Source: Eremomyces bilateralis CBS 781.70
Lineage: Eukaryota
DNA: 64,000 nucleotides
NCBI GenBank assembly: GCA_010015585.1
Contig: ML975175.1
Reading direction: 5' to 3' (one strand)
Position 1 is the stretch's first letter. Each line of letters begins with the position of its first letter. The notes beneath the pieces are model-generated. The model did not search any database, had not been told where the DNA came from, and saw only the letters and a program-made list of their open reading frames with translations. Shown here piece by piece: positions 51,239 through 61,610 of this stretch. The translations under genes were made by a program, and so were the position numbers.

Positions 51239-53296
51239 TTATGCAATTTTCATCCTCTCTTTCATCACGAAGTGGCCGTCCCCTTCCTTGCACTCGAACA
51301 TCAGCTGCAGATAGATGCTAATTCCCATCTTGGCCCAACCGCACTTCCATAGAGGATTATGCATGACCCAATTCCATGCCCCCCAAGGGTCCTTTGGCAT
51401 GCCAGACTTATCGGTAAAGTCCTCCATGACACGACCATCGGGATGTCTGACCTCAACATTGGCGCACAGCAAATCCCAGAGAAAAACTGCAAGCTCACGG
51501 CAGGGTGCTGGCAGAGTCCACCGCTCGTTGAGCACACGGTAAGGCCCGGGGAGTTCAAGACTAGGATCCACAGTGAACGCGGCGGAGGGAACCAGAAAGT
51601 CAATCGTCTCCAGGTTCCCGGGTATCTGCAACGGAAGCGGATTATCGGATTCAATGATCCATCGCCGAAGGCATCCCTCGCACAAAGTAATGTGCTTCAG
51701 TCTCGGGTGGCAACAGAAATCTGCCCATACCTGTGCCTCGAGCGGCAAGTGGTCCGACCTCAAGCTGCAAGTCCACTCTAGGCTCTCAAGGGTGCGATGA
51801 TGAAGCCTTAGCACTCCTTTGGTATATCTCGTTTGGGTGCCCTTAATGATGCTCATTTGGAGTGAGTTGAGCTTGGGCATTTCCAAAAGCATGAGGCAAA
51901 CGTGCTGTTCATCCCTAAGAGTTGTCATTTCCACGTCCCGGAGTACAAGTTCTCGGACCGGAGATGAAATTGTGGTGGAGCAATAAACCGGCAGTTCGGA
52001 TTCTTTCATGCAAGGAGGCAACTGCCCACTGTGTACGTGAGGCGGGAGGTAGCCTTCGAATACAGGATCGTGGATCTCAAGGCGTGTAAGACCAGGTATC
52101 CTCATCAATGCAGCTTGATGAGTGGTCATGGTCAACATTGACTGTAGAGTAATATTCTCCAATCGCGGAAGGATGACAGGCAGCGCCAGGGGAATAGGGA
52201 TACCGCTTGCTCGTATGCCGGCGACCCAAAATAGTCTCATGCAGAACGACCGTTCGTTGGTCTGGACAAGCCAATCGTTCGGCATCCACCCAAACTCCAT
52301 GAGATTGGGCAGCATCGTCAATAATGCCATCAGCTGTGCTTCTTCGTGGCCGAACTTGATTGCGGAGATCAATTCGGCATAGAACGGAAATTTGAATTGG
52401 CTCAAGTGTTCAAAAAGCTGTTGCTGATGCTCCGGTCCCAAGGATCGCGAAAGACACTGTCTGGCAATGTGCTTAATTCCTTTGAAGATCGATCGGTCTT
52501 GAAGGCGCCTCGTGGCGGTATACCCGTTCAGGGGTGCGTTTGCAGGGTTTTCTAATGACATGGTGGCCTGATTTGCAGCTCCGTCGGCAGTGTAGCCATG
52601 TTTGATAGACTCCAGAAAGCAAGGGCGAGTGGGATCGACTCGACAATCCTCCACAGTGAGCGCTTCCACCCACTTGCGCCTGTTGGGGTCGACAAGCAGA
52701 GCTCTGATAATTGAAGTGATACAATCTGGATTGTGGTCATGGAGCGGGATTCGACGATAGAGCTCTCTTTCGGCTGACCTCGCAAATTTGCTACAGGCCA
52801 ACAGCATCGAACGCAGTCCCTTGTGTGCAGCGGATGTACGTTTCATCCTCGTCCACTTCGGTCGGAACAGAAGGAGACACCTTATTTCCTCTCTCTTTGA
52901 CGCATCCTCGCAGTCTTGTCCCAGCCAGTAGCAGATCATATCGATGAGTTCGACGGGTAGGCGCAGGATAGGCGAGCGGACGATCTGATTGGGATTCTTT
53001 GAAGGCTGAGTCTTTGCGAGTTCTTGAATGCTGCGTTCGGTAGATTGGGATATCGATATCGCAGGAGGCGGCAGCTCGGAGGACTGTCCCTGCGACTTGA
53101 GACCTATATCCTTGAATCTCCGACTTTTGAAGAGGAACTTGGAGAACCTGATGAAGGGTTTCACTCCCTTATCGAGATGGTCAGTGATTTCATTTCGATT
53201 CGGCTCGGGGGTTTTGTTAGTATCTCGAGAACTCAAGATCTCGCCTTGTTGAGAAGGTGGTTTCGCCTTGACAGGCCGGTCACGGAAGCAGCCCAT
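51239..53296 (-). CDS. F-box-like / leucine-rich-repeat-like protein (paralog B)
   Basis: SPILRLPVELIDMICYWL, LLACSKF...ERELYR, LxxLxL motifs; intronless 685 aa; begins MGC. Confidence 0.7.
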   Translation of the reverse strand: MGCFRDRPVKAKPPSQQGEILSSRDTNKTPEPNRNEITDHLDKGVKPFIRFSKFLFKSRRFKDIGLKSQGQSSELPPPAISISQSTERSIQELAKTQPSKNPNQIVRSPILRLPVELIDMICYWLGQDCEDASKREEIRCLLLFRPKWTRMKRTSAAHKGLRSMLLACSKFARSAERELYRRIPLHDHNPDCITSIIRALLVDPNRRKWVEALTVEDCRVDPTRPCFLESIKHGYTADGAANQATMSLENPANAPLNGYTATRRLQDRSIFKGIKHIARQCLSRSLGPEHQQQLFEHLSQFKFPFYAELISAIKFGHEEAQLMALLTMLPNLMEFGWMPNDWLVQTNERSFCMRLFWVAGIRASGIPIPLALPVILPRLENITLQSMLTMTTHQAALMRIPGLTRLEIHDPVFEGYLPPHVHSGQLPPCMKESELPVYCSTTISSPVRELVLRDVEMTTLRDEQHVCLMLLEMPKLNSLQMSIIKGTQTRYTKGVLRLHHRTLESLEWTCSLRSDHLPLEAQVWADFCCHPRLKHITLCEGCLRRWIIESDNPLPLQIPGNLETIDFLVPSAAFTVDPSLELPGPYRVLNERWTLPAPCRELAVFLWDLLCANVEVRHPDGRVMEDFTDKSGMPKDPWGAWNWVMHNPLWKCGWAKMGISIYLQLMFECKEGDGHFVMKERMKIA

Positions 53297-53843
53297 GATC
53301 CCAATGCGTTTGGAAAAGTCAGTGGCTCTATTTCAAGATGTACTGTTGGATGTCCATGAGACAAAAGGGGAAAAGAGATGAGAGAAGTTGTGAGACAACA
53401 GGAACGATTTAAGTCGTGGAATTCGATTCGGTTTTTGGAGGACTTTTCGTTATGATAACGAGGTGAAAATGAATGAACAGTGAAATGCATAACTGAAAGA
53501 AACACTCAACGCATTAAATCGGAAGGCATGTGACGATGTGAATGCGAACGACGATAGGGGGAGCACAGTAGAAAGCACCGGATTCACTAGCAGAGAGAGC
53601 AGTCATGTTATTCCATATGAGCTCTTGCTGCCAAAAAAAGTGTATACCCAATGCAAATGTGTATGGTTCTATGCTCTTTTGATTCCTAGACTGGCAACAC
53701 TTCCTCAATACCTCTGGTTCCATCCAAAGCAAGAGAGCTTGTGCAATCGTCAATGTGTGGATACCGCATGCTGGCTCGCCCGTCCCGCTCGATGCTCTTC
53801 AATCTACTAATACATTGGTCATGACTTTTGGTAGTCACTCCCC

Positions 53844-54691
53844 TTATGGTGCCGGTGGCGATGCGGTTGATGTTGGTGTTGTCGATGTGGCTGTCGGCGG
53901 GATGGTCTCGGTACTTTCTTCTACGGGAAGCTGTTTCCTGGGTCTCTTCAAGCTCTCCAAGGTCACACCATTTCCCAGTTGAGTTATCCCCACAATCGGA
54001 GCATCGCCCTTCTTGACAAACCCGTGCTTGCCTGTGTGGTATGGGGTCAGTGAAAGTGACATCGCCATGATGGAGAGTGACATTACCAGGCAATTTGGCC
54101 CCAGCCAACCGGAATGCATCTCGGACGACTTGCTCGTGTAGATCGCCCTTCAACTCGAATAGAATCCGGGATACGGCGACCCTCGCAGCCCAATGGTCGA
54201 AGCTGCCTTTGCCTTTTCCCATACGAATCTCATTTCCGGACACGTACACGCCAATGTTCGCTGAGACCCGTTTGTATAGCTGGTACTTCATGCCTCTCAG
54301 GCGTTGCTTGATGGTATCTTCCGCAACTTTGAGCTGCTTTGCACTGATACGGCGATCATGGTCGAGCATTCGCAATCCGTAGTCCCCCCAGGCTATCGTG
54401 GTTCCACGGGTGCTCCCTCCAGTCGCAACATGTGGGCGACCTTTTCGTGACTTTTTCGTTTCACCACCTTTCGGCATGAGCCAGTTCTGAGGGCGGGATG
54501 ATGCGCTGAAGGCGCGCGAGGAGACGGCAATTGGGAAACGACGGCGGGATTCTTGTACTGCAGTTCATATTTCATCAGCACCAAATTGAGCATCACTCCA
54601 GGCAGAACGTACGGCATGAGCGGCATGGGGTTAGAGATAGTTTATGTAACAGAGCCCCCAGCTCGGCGACACTGCCCCCGATTCGAGGCAT
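53844..54691 (-). CDS. MRPL16: Mitochondrial ribosomal protein L16 (uL16m)
   Basis: Presequence exon, KSRKGRP, GDYGLRM, RMGKGKGSFDHWAARV, AFRLAGAKLPG; 2 introns. Confidence 0.95.
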
Positions 54692-54867
54692 AATGGATGG
54701 CAATTGGGTTCAAACCAAGGCAGTTGGGTATAACCGTTTTACAATCTCAAGGGTTCTGAGGTGTTGAAATCCGAAGTCCAACTGAACTGTTTGAGTGGAA
54801 CGAGGGAGCTCCCTGGTAGTTTTATGCCTCAGGCTATAAGGCTAGAACGGAATATGCCGTGGTTTTA

Positions 54868-54933
54868 TCACGTGAGTAATTCGAACTTGGCGCGGTGTCA
54901 CGTGTAAGGACGCGTCTCAACGTGATCACGCGT
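54868..54933. promoter_or_regulatory. Two MCB (ACGCGT) boxes and two CACGTG E-boxes in the MRPL16/RFC1 divergent promoter
   Basis: CACGTG 54869-54874 and 54899-54904; ACGCGT 54910-54915 and 54928-54933. Confidence 0.7.
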
Positions 54934-55161
54934 CTGGTGCGACGGAAACCTGTGAGAGTTCACCAAATCACCACTTCTAACGACTGAAAGCTTCACTTTC
55001 AATCATCACGCCCTTGTACATATTGCATTCTTGCTCGATTGACACAACGCTCGTGCCCTCATAGGTTCATCCGAATTCCGACCCTATAATCCACTAAACA
55101 TTAATGCGAACAGAGTTGTAGAAATTCAGTTCCTAATGCTTTGAGCGATCCTGAGGCACCG

Positions 55162-58100
55162 ATGCCGTCGGACATTCGAAGCTTCTTCGGCGGGAAGGCG
55201 CAATCCAGCGCCGATTCCAAACCGAGCAATTCGGTAAGTGGTGAATCACCGAGCATTTCACGCGCCCCCAACCTTCGATTTCTATCTGAATTTATCCTAT
55301 TCACTCCTATATTACATCACCACATAGGCTTTTTCTGCATGAAATTGCAGTGAACTTCCCGATTGCCATCTCCCGTTCGTGCTTCAAAATTCCAGGTACT
55401 AAGCGTTATCCACAGCCTGCCAAAGCAAAGTCGAAGTCGAGATCGAGCAAGTATACCGTCGACGACTCAGATGAGGAGGTGATCAGGTACGGATGTTCAT
55501 CCGCGCGCGGTGACCACGCTAACAACAAGAAGCACGAAGACAGCTGCCCCCAAGAAGGCGGCATCGAAGAAGCAAGTGTAAGTCGACTTTGAGAACCCCT
55601 CGATTTCATTAGCTTACATCATGTTCCGCAGTCATGACCACTCTCCCAATGGCGAAGCGACTACGACTTCGGCATACTTTGGGGACGCGAAGCCAAAACG
55701 ATCAGGGCCTGTCAAAGCTGCTAGCAAGTCGAAGGATAAGCCGGTAGACACAGCTGAGAAGAAGAATGGCACGAGCACTATAACGCGGAGTGGAGTAACC
55801 CCGAAGCCCTCTCCTTACAAGAAGCCCAAAGATAGGGACGAAGACTTCATCGACGGCGATGATGGCGGAGATGATGTGTTCACGGCGGATTACAAGAAAC
55901 GTGCTGGACGACATGATGACTACGAAGAAGAGAGTGAAGAAAGTGATATGGAGGTAGTTCAGCCTGCGAAGCGGGGGGGCAAACGTTCTACAGCAGTCAA
56001 AGAGGAGGAGGATGATGATGACGACTTTGAACCGCCGGAGAAGCCATTGGCGACGAGGAGTAGGGGCAGACCATCGTTGCGCAGCAAGGACAGCACTCCA
56101 AGCAAGAAGCGTAAGTCCCCTGTCATTGAAGACGACGATGATGAAGAGGAAGATGATGAACCTGTGACGAAAACCAAACGCGGAGCAGCTAAGGGGACTC
56201 CCAAGAAGGCACCGGCCAAGAAGAAGGCGAAGAAGGAGGATACTCCAGAAGACGAAAAGGTTCAGAGCATCTACGACTCGATTCAGCTTGTCCGACCTCC
56301 AACTCCCCCTTCACGAGCCGACGGAGAGACTGGGAAGTTCAATTTCAAAGCTCACGCCCAGAATGCAGGCCTCGCACCAGCCGCTGGCACTCGAGATATT
56401 CCTACAGGAGCTGAAAACTGCTTAGCAGGGCTTACTTTTGTGTTCACCGGCCTTCTACAGTACATGGAGCGTGACGTTGCTCAAAATTTGGTCAAAAGAC
56501 ATGGTGGCAAAGTCACAACCGCCCCAAGCGGCAAGACAAGTTACGTCGTGCTTGGATCGGACGCCGGACCTAAGAAGCTGGAGACGATCCGTAAGCACAA
56601 CATCAAGACCATTAATGAAGACGGTCTCTTCGACTTGATCCGAAAACTCCCGCCGCATGGAGGGACTGGAAAGGCTGCTGCTGCGTTCAAGGAAAAACAA
56701 CAGGCGGAAGAGGAGAGAATCAGAAAACTGGCAGAAGAGGAGGAGAAAGCTGTGCGAGAGAAGGAGAAGTTGAAGAAGGCTGAAGCTGCCGCCGCCGCCG
56801 CTTCTGGCAACGCGTCCAGCCAGCCAGCACAACGTCCTACAAGCGCTGACCTCTGGACTGTGAAATATGCCCCCACACAACTGAGCCAGATTTGCGGGAA
56901 TAAGGGTCAGGTTGAGAAACTGCAGCGATGGTTGGAGAACTTCTCGAAGAACGCGAAGAAGGAATTCAAGATGCTGGGCGCCGACGGAACAGGCGGATAT
57001 CGTGCGGTCTGTATTCACGGTCCTCCTGGCATTGGCAAGACCACCGCAGCACATTTAGTGGCGAAGGTTGCCGGATTTGATGTGGTTGAGAGCAACGCGA
57101 GCGATACGCGCAGCAAGCGACTCGTTGAGAGCGGGTTGCGCGGAGTCCTTGATACCACTTCAGTCCTCGGATACTTTGCAGGAGATGGAAAGAAAGTGGA
57201 GACTTCCAAGAAGAAGCTGGTCTTGATCATGGACGAAGTGGATGGTATGTCCGCTGGAGATCGTGGAGGGGTTGGGGCTCTCGCGGCGGTATGCAGGAAG
57301 ACCCGCATTCCGATTATACTTATCTGCAACGAGCGACGCCAGCCGAAGATGAAACCACTCGATCTCGTGGCGTTTGACCTGGCCTTCAGACGTCCCACGG
57401 TGGACCAAATCCGGTCTCGGATCACCACGATCGCCTTCCGGGAGGGTATAAGACTTCCCCCGAACGTGATCAACGCTCTGATTGAAGGGAGCAACGCGGA
57501 TATTCGTCAAGTCGTCAACATGGTATCCACTGCAAAGCTGGACCATGCGTCCAATGATCTGGACTTTGACAAGTCCAAAGAAATGTCTAAGGCATGGGAG
57601 AAACACGTCATCTTGAAACCATGGGATATCGTCCGGAAGATCCTAGCCGGTGGCATGTTCGCGCCGTCCAGTAAGAGCACACTGAATGACAAAAGCGAGT
57701 TGTACTTCAACGACCATGAGTTCAGCCCTCTCATGATGCAAGAGAACTACCTAGGCACTCAGCCGATCAAGGCACAGACTTATCAGGGACGCGAACGCTC
57801 TCTCAAACTTATGGAGCTCTTCGATCAAGCAGCCGAGAGCATCAGTGATGGTGATATGGTCGACCGAATGATCCATGGCAGCCAGCAACACTGGAGTTTG
57901 ATGCCAACTCATGCCATGTTCTCTTTCGTCCGGCCTGCGAGCTTCGTCTCCGGGTCCCTTGTTGGTCACAACACCAGTTTCACGCAATGGCTGGGGAAGA
58001 ACAGCGCTCAAGGCAAGCTTGGCCGCATGCTTCGAGAGATGCATTCTCATCTCCGCCTGCGCGGCAGCGGTGATCGAAACGAAGTGAGGATGCAGTACAT

Positions 58101-58707
58101 GCCCTTGCTTTGGCAATACACAGCCAAAAAGATGTCGGTCGAAGGCAAAGATGCTGCTAATGAGGTGATCGATCTGCTTGACAGCTACTTCCTGACCCGA
58201 GAGGATTATGAGGCGATCCAGGAGCTTGGTATCGGCGGCATGGATGCGTCTAAGCTCAAGATCGATGCTCCTGCAAAATCGGCCTTCACCAGACTGTAAG
58301 TTTCCGCTCAATATTGCATTAAAATCTATAGGACATGAGGTTGACAATATTACAGCTACAACGCACGATCCCACCCGGTGCCATTCATGAAACCATCCAC
58401 TGTGTCTGCGCCTAGGGTCGGAAACAAGGCAAAGCCCGATCTGGAGGAAGCGATCGAGGAGTCCGAAGATGAAGCACTGGTTGATGACACCAAGGGTGAT
58501 GATGAGGATGATCTCACCAAGGACAAGTACATCAAAGCGCCCAAGAAGAAGAAGGCCGCGGCCAAAGGCGATGATAATGGCGAGGAGAAAGGCAAGGGCA
58601 AGGCTAAAGGTCCAGCGAAGAAGCGAGCTCGAGCTACTAATGACGATGACGAAGAAATTGAGGAGAAGCCGAAGAAGAAGACTGGAAGGGGTCGGGGAAA
58701 GAAATGA
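55162..58707 (+). CDS. RFC1: Replication factor C subunit 1
   Basis: BRCT (CLAGLTFVFTG), LWTVKYAP, Walker A GPPGIGKT, Walker B MDEVDGMS, RFC1 C-terminal domain; 4 introns. Confidence 0.97.
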
Positions 58708-60138
58708 ACATTAGGCCTCTGATCTTTCGTGAAATGTTACATTCCAAAGACGGACTTTGAGGGTCATGCATATCTGAGAACCCTTCTCCAGATAATGCCT
58801 TGTTACTGTCTTCAGCACTACAAACTTAACCCGGGATGGGCTGCAAATTTGGCTCTGCATCTTACGAAGCCAGGCAGTGCTTATAACGACGATTTCGAGT
58901 AAACATAGAAAAGATTGCAACAGAATGACAGCATCTGACCGCTCACCAGTTCCTTACAGGTATCCTCAATCAGCATTATCTTCATCTCGACCATTCAACT
59001 CCTGAGAGCTGGGTGGAAGTAGACACCCCACGCGCCCAAACAGCTGTATCACCACTTGAGGCAATCCCGGCATCTGATCCCGCGAACTGGCTGCTCCAGG
59101 ATTCTGTTCCTCCCGTGCATACCCGGAGAGTTCGGGGTCATATTCAGTGCCACAGTTACACGGCATCCGTCGCTCACTGACCACTGACCACTGACCACCG
59201 TCACACTCGACCAACCATGTGCGCATACCAGATCACGAAAAGCAACAACCGTGAGTTACACATTATGCAGTTCGTAGGTCTCGGCACTCCGTGATTCAGG
59301 AACAGACGATGTGTAAGGCAGAGCAAGAGACGTTGGGCACACCACTGTCCTATGAGAGATGGCTGATGAGACATGAAGTACGGAGATGGGGCATCCGATG
59401 TGACCGATATCACTCCAGACTCCAGTAAGCTTACCTAGTCGCCCGTCCCATGATGATGGAACGGCCGTTATAGAGGTTTAGCAGGTGGAAACACTGCAGA
59501 TTTGGTAGGATGTGGATGCTCAGGCAAAGCGAGACTTCGAACTCATGGATAGCTAACCCCTTCCCGCCTCCCCGTCAGCGCGTCCGACGAGAGATATGGC
59601 ACACTAAACAAGCGATCGGGACATGTTTGACGGGGTTTGGGAAACATCACAATTGGCTTGGATTACACAATCTACCATGATTTGTATGCAGTGGGTTTGA
59701 GTGGTTTCGCTAATTAGGGTTTCGAGACGAGGGGGTTGATTTTGAGACATGAGCAGTGAGCACGAGATATTCCGGAGAAAGGACCCTTTCTCGACGCGAA
59801 ACATCAAGACAGCGAGTCATGGCTTCTCAAAGTCCTCGTAAATCATGAGATGCATGTCCTCAAACACAATCCTATTATTATTGCTTTCAACTTGCACCAA
59901 CACCAATACCCAGGCCGAACTGGCCGTATCAATGGAGTGGAGAATCGCAATTCTCGCTGGGCCCCAGTTCCATCGAGTTCCCGGAATATATTGCGGATCA
60001 CGACACACAAATCAAGATTAACCCTCCTTCCCTGTATAATTTGGCATTGGACATTATTGACGATGCGAAATTTGACATGTTTCTGGGCCTGGATGGGTAG
60101 TCCTTCTCAGTCTCATCCTGCCTGATTTTTGTTGAGCC

Positions 60139-60629
60139 TAGGGCTGGACACGAATAAGGATTTTGGCTATTCGTATTCGACTTTTCCTCTTGAACGATTA
60201 TTCGTATTCGACTAAGTTTTGAGACGTTTTATTCGTATTATTCGCGAATATTCGTAAATAATGCCAAGACTTATTCGGCAAAAGCCGAGCCAATGAATGA
60301 ATGCCCAACAGTCGCGACTTTTGTTTACCCGAACACGATCTGGAGGATTTGAGCTCTAAGAGATACAAAGCATATCAATAGCGTCGAATTGATCACTCCT
60401 GACGATTCAGCAAGCCAAGTGACCCCAGCTTAAAGCTCTCTGTCGACCATCTCTCCGATGCGAGATACATGGAAATAGCTTCAGAGATAGACGAATAATT
60501 ACGAATAATTACGAATAATGCGAATATTATTCGTACGAATATTAGTAAGCGGAAATTCTAAATTTTATTCGTATTCGACTACGAATATTCGTACGAATAC
60601 GAATAGTCGAATATTCGTGTCCAGCCCTA
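60139..60629. mobile_element. Non-autonomous hAT-type DNA transposon / MITE (491 bp)
   Basis: Perfect 18-bp TIRs TAGGGCTGGACACGAATA (60139-60156) / TATTCGTGTCCAGCCCTA (60612-60629); 8-bp TSD GTTGAGCC (60131-60138, 60630-60637); more than 20 subterminal CGAATA/TATTCG hexamers. Confidence 0.93.
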
Positions 60630-61610
60630 GTTGAGCCCAAGCCCGCGAACACCAAAATCCAGGTGGCCATTGTCCAAATTGTGAGTAATACATAGAATGT
60701 CGTTGGGCAAATGTACTCAACGGCTCTTCAGCCCATAAGTATACAATGGGACCGCTAGGATCCCGACTCGCTGTCACATTGCAGTTTGCAGCCGTTCGTC
60801 CCAATGGTCTGGATTCCCGTCCTCCCCAACGGTATCGGGCGTTTCAGAGCTGCTGGGAATGTTGGAGCCTCCCCAGTGATCTACAGAGCACGCGCAAGGC
60901 GGCCGAGTCAAGGACCGTTTATGGAAAGCCGTCGACGGTTCCAACCAGTTGGCTAAGCGATGGCTTGCTCGTGTACGAGACTACCAGCCAACGAGTGCAT
61001 CACCAATTCACCATCTACCAATCTCAATGGCAAAAGGGGGCTCGAAAGGAAGATGATGGTCAAATCTCGCGTTCTTCATACTTCGTCCAAAATGTCGCTA
61101 GAAGAGGTATCAAATCGTGCCGTGAAAGATATGGACGACAATGACAGGCATATACAAATCTCGCCGGGATCGCGAACTAAACTTGCATCCAAATCCGAAC
61201 CTGGGTTCGTCAAACACACGCTGTACAAGGTATCTCCTCCTGAAAAGTCACCCGTTCCCCATCCCTGGTTGTCTCAATCCCGTTCCCCGTTGCGTCCCCA
61301 TCGTGAATCCTCGCCTGGAGCCCAATGCTCCGCGTCTAGTAGGGATGCAAAATGGTCCGACTTCCCGCCATGGATGGCCAGACGATTTTGTCGAGCACCG
61401 CTACTGAGCAGCGTCCAGAACAGACAAGACGTCCTCTCCGCTCGAGTCAGAGGACGAAACAATATTCTCGTGCCTTCGTAAGTTCTAGGCGATCCCTTCC
61501 GATCCAGAACCCATCAATCATCATGCGGTCAAAATCACAATTCTTTTCCAGGGTCGACAGTCACAAACGGACCGTGTCGCCAAATCCCAAAAATCCTTGT
61601 CCGATATTCA

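Noticed and set aside
55234..55415. Long first intron of RFC1 as a snoRNA host or nested intron
   Set aside because: No convincing C/D or H/ACA box arrangement or internal splice signals found by eye
60490..60615. CRISPR-like or telomeric reading of the ACGAATAATT repeats
   Set aside because: No spacers, eukaryotic context, and they lie inside the TIRs, so they are transposon subterminal repeats
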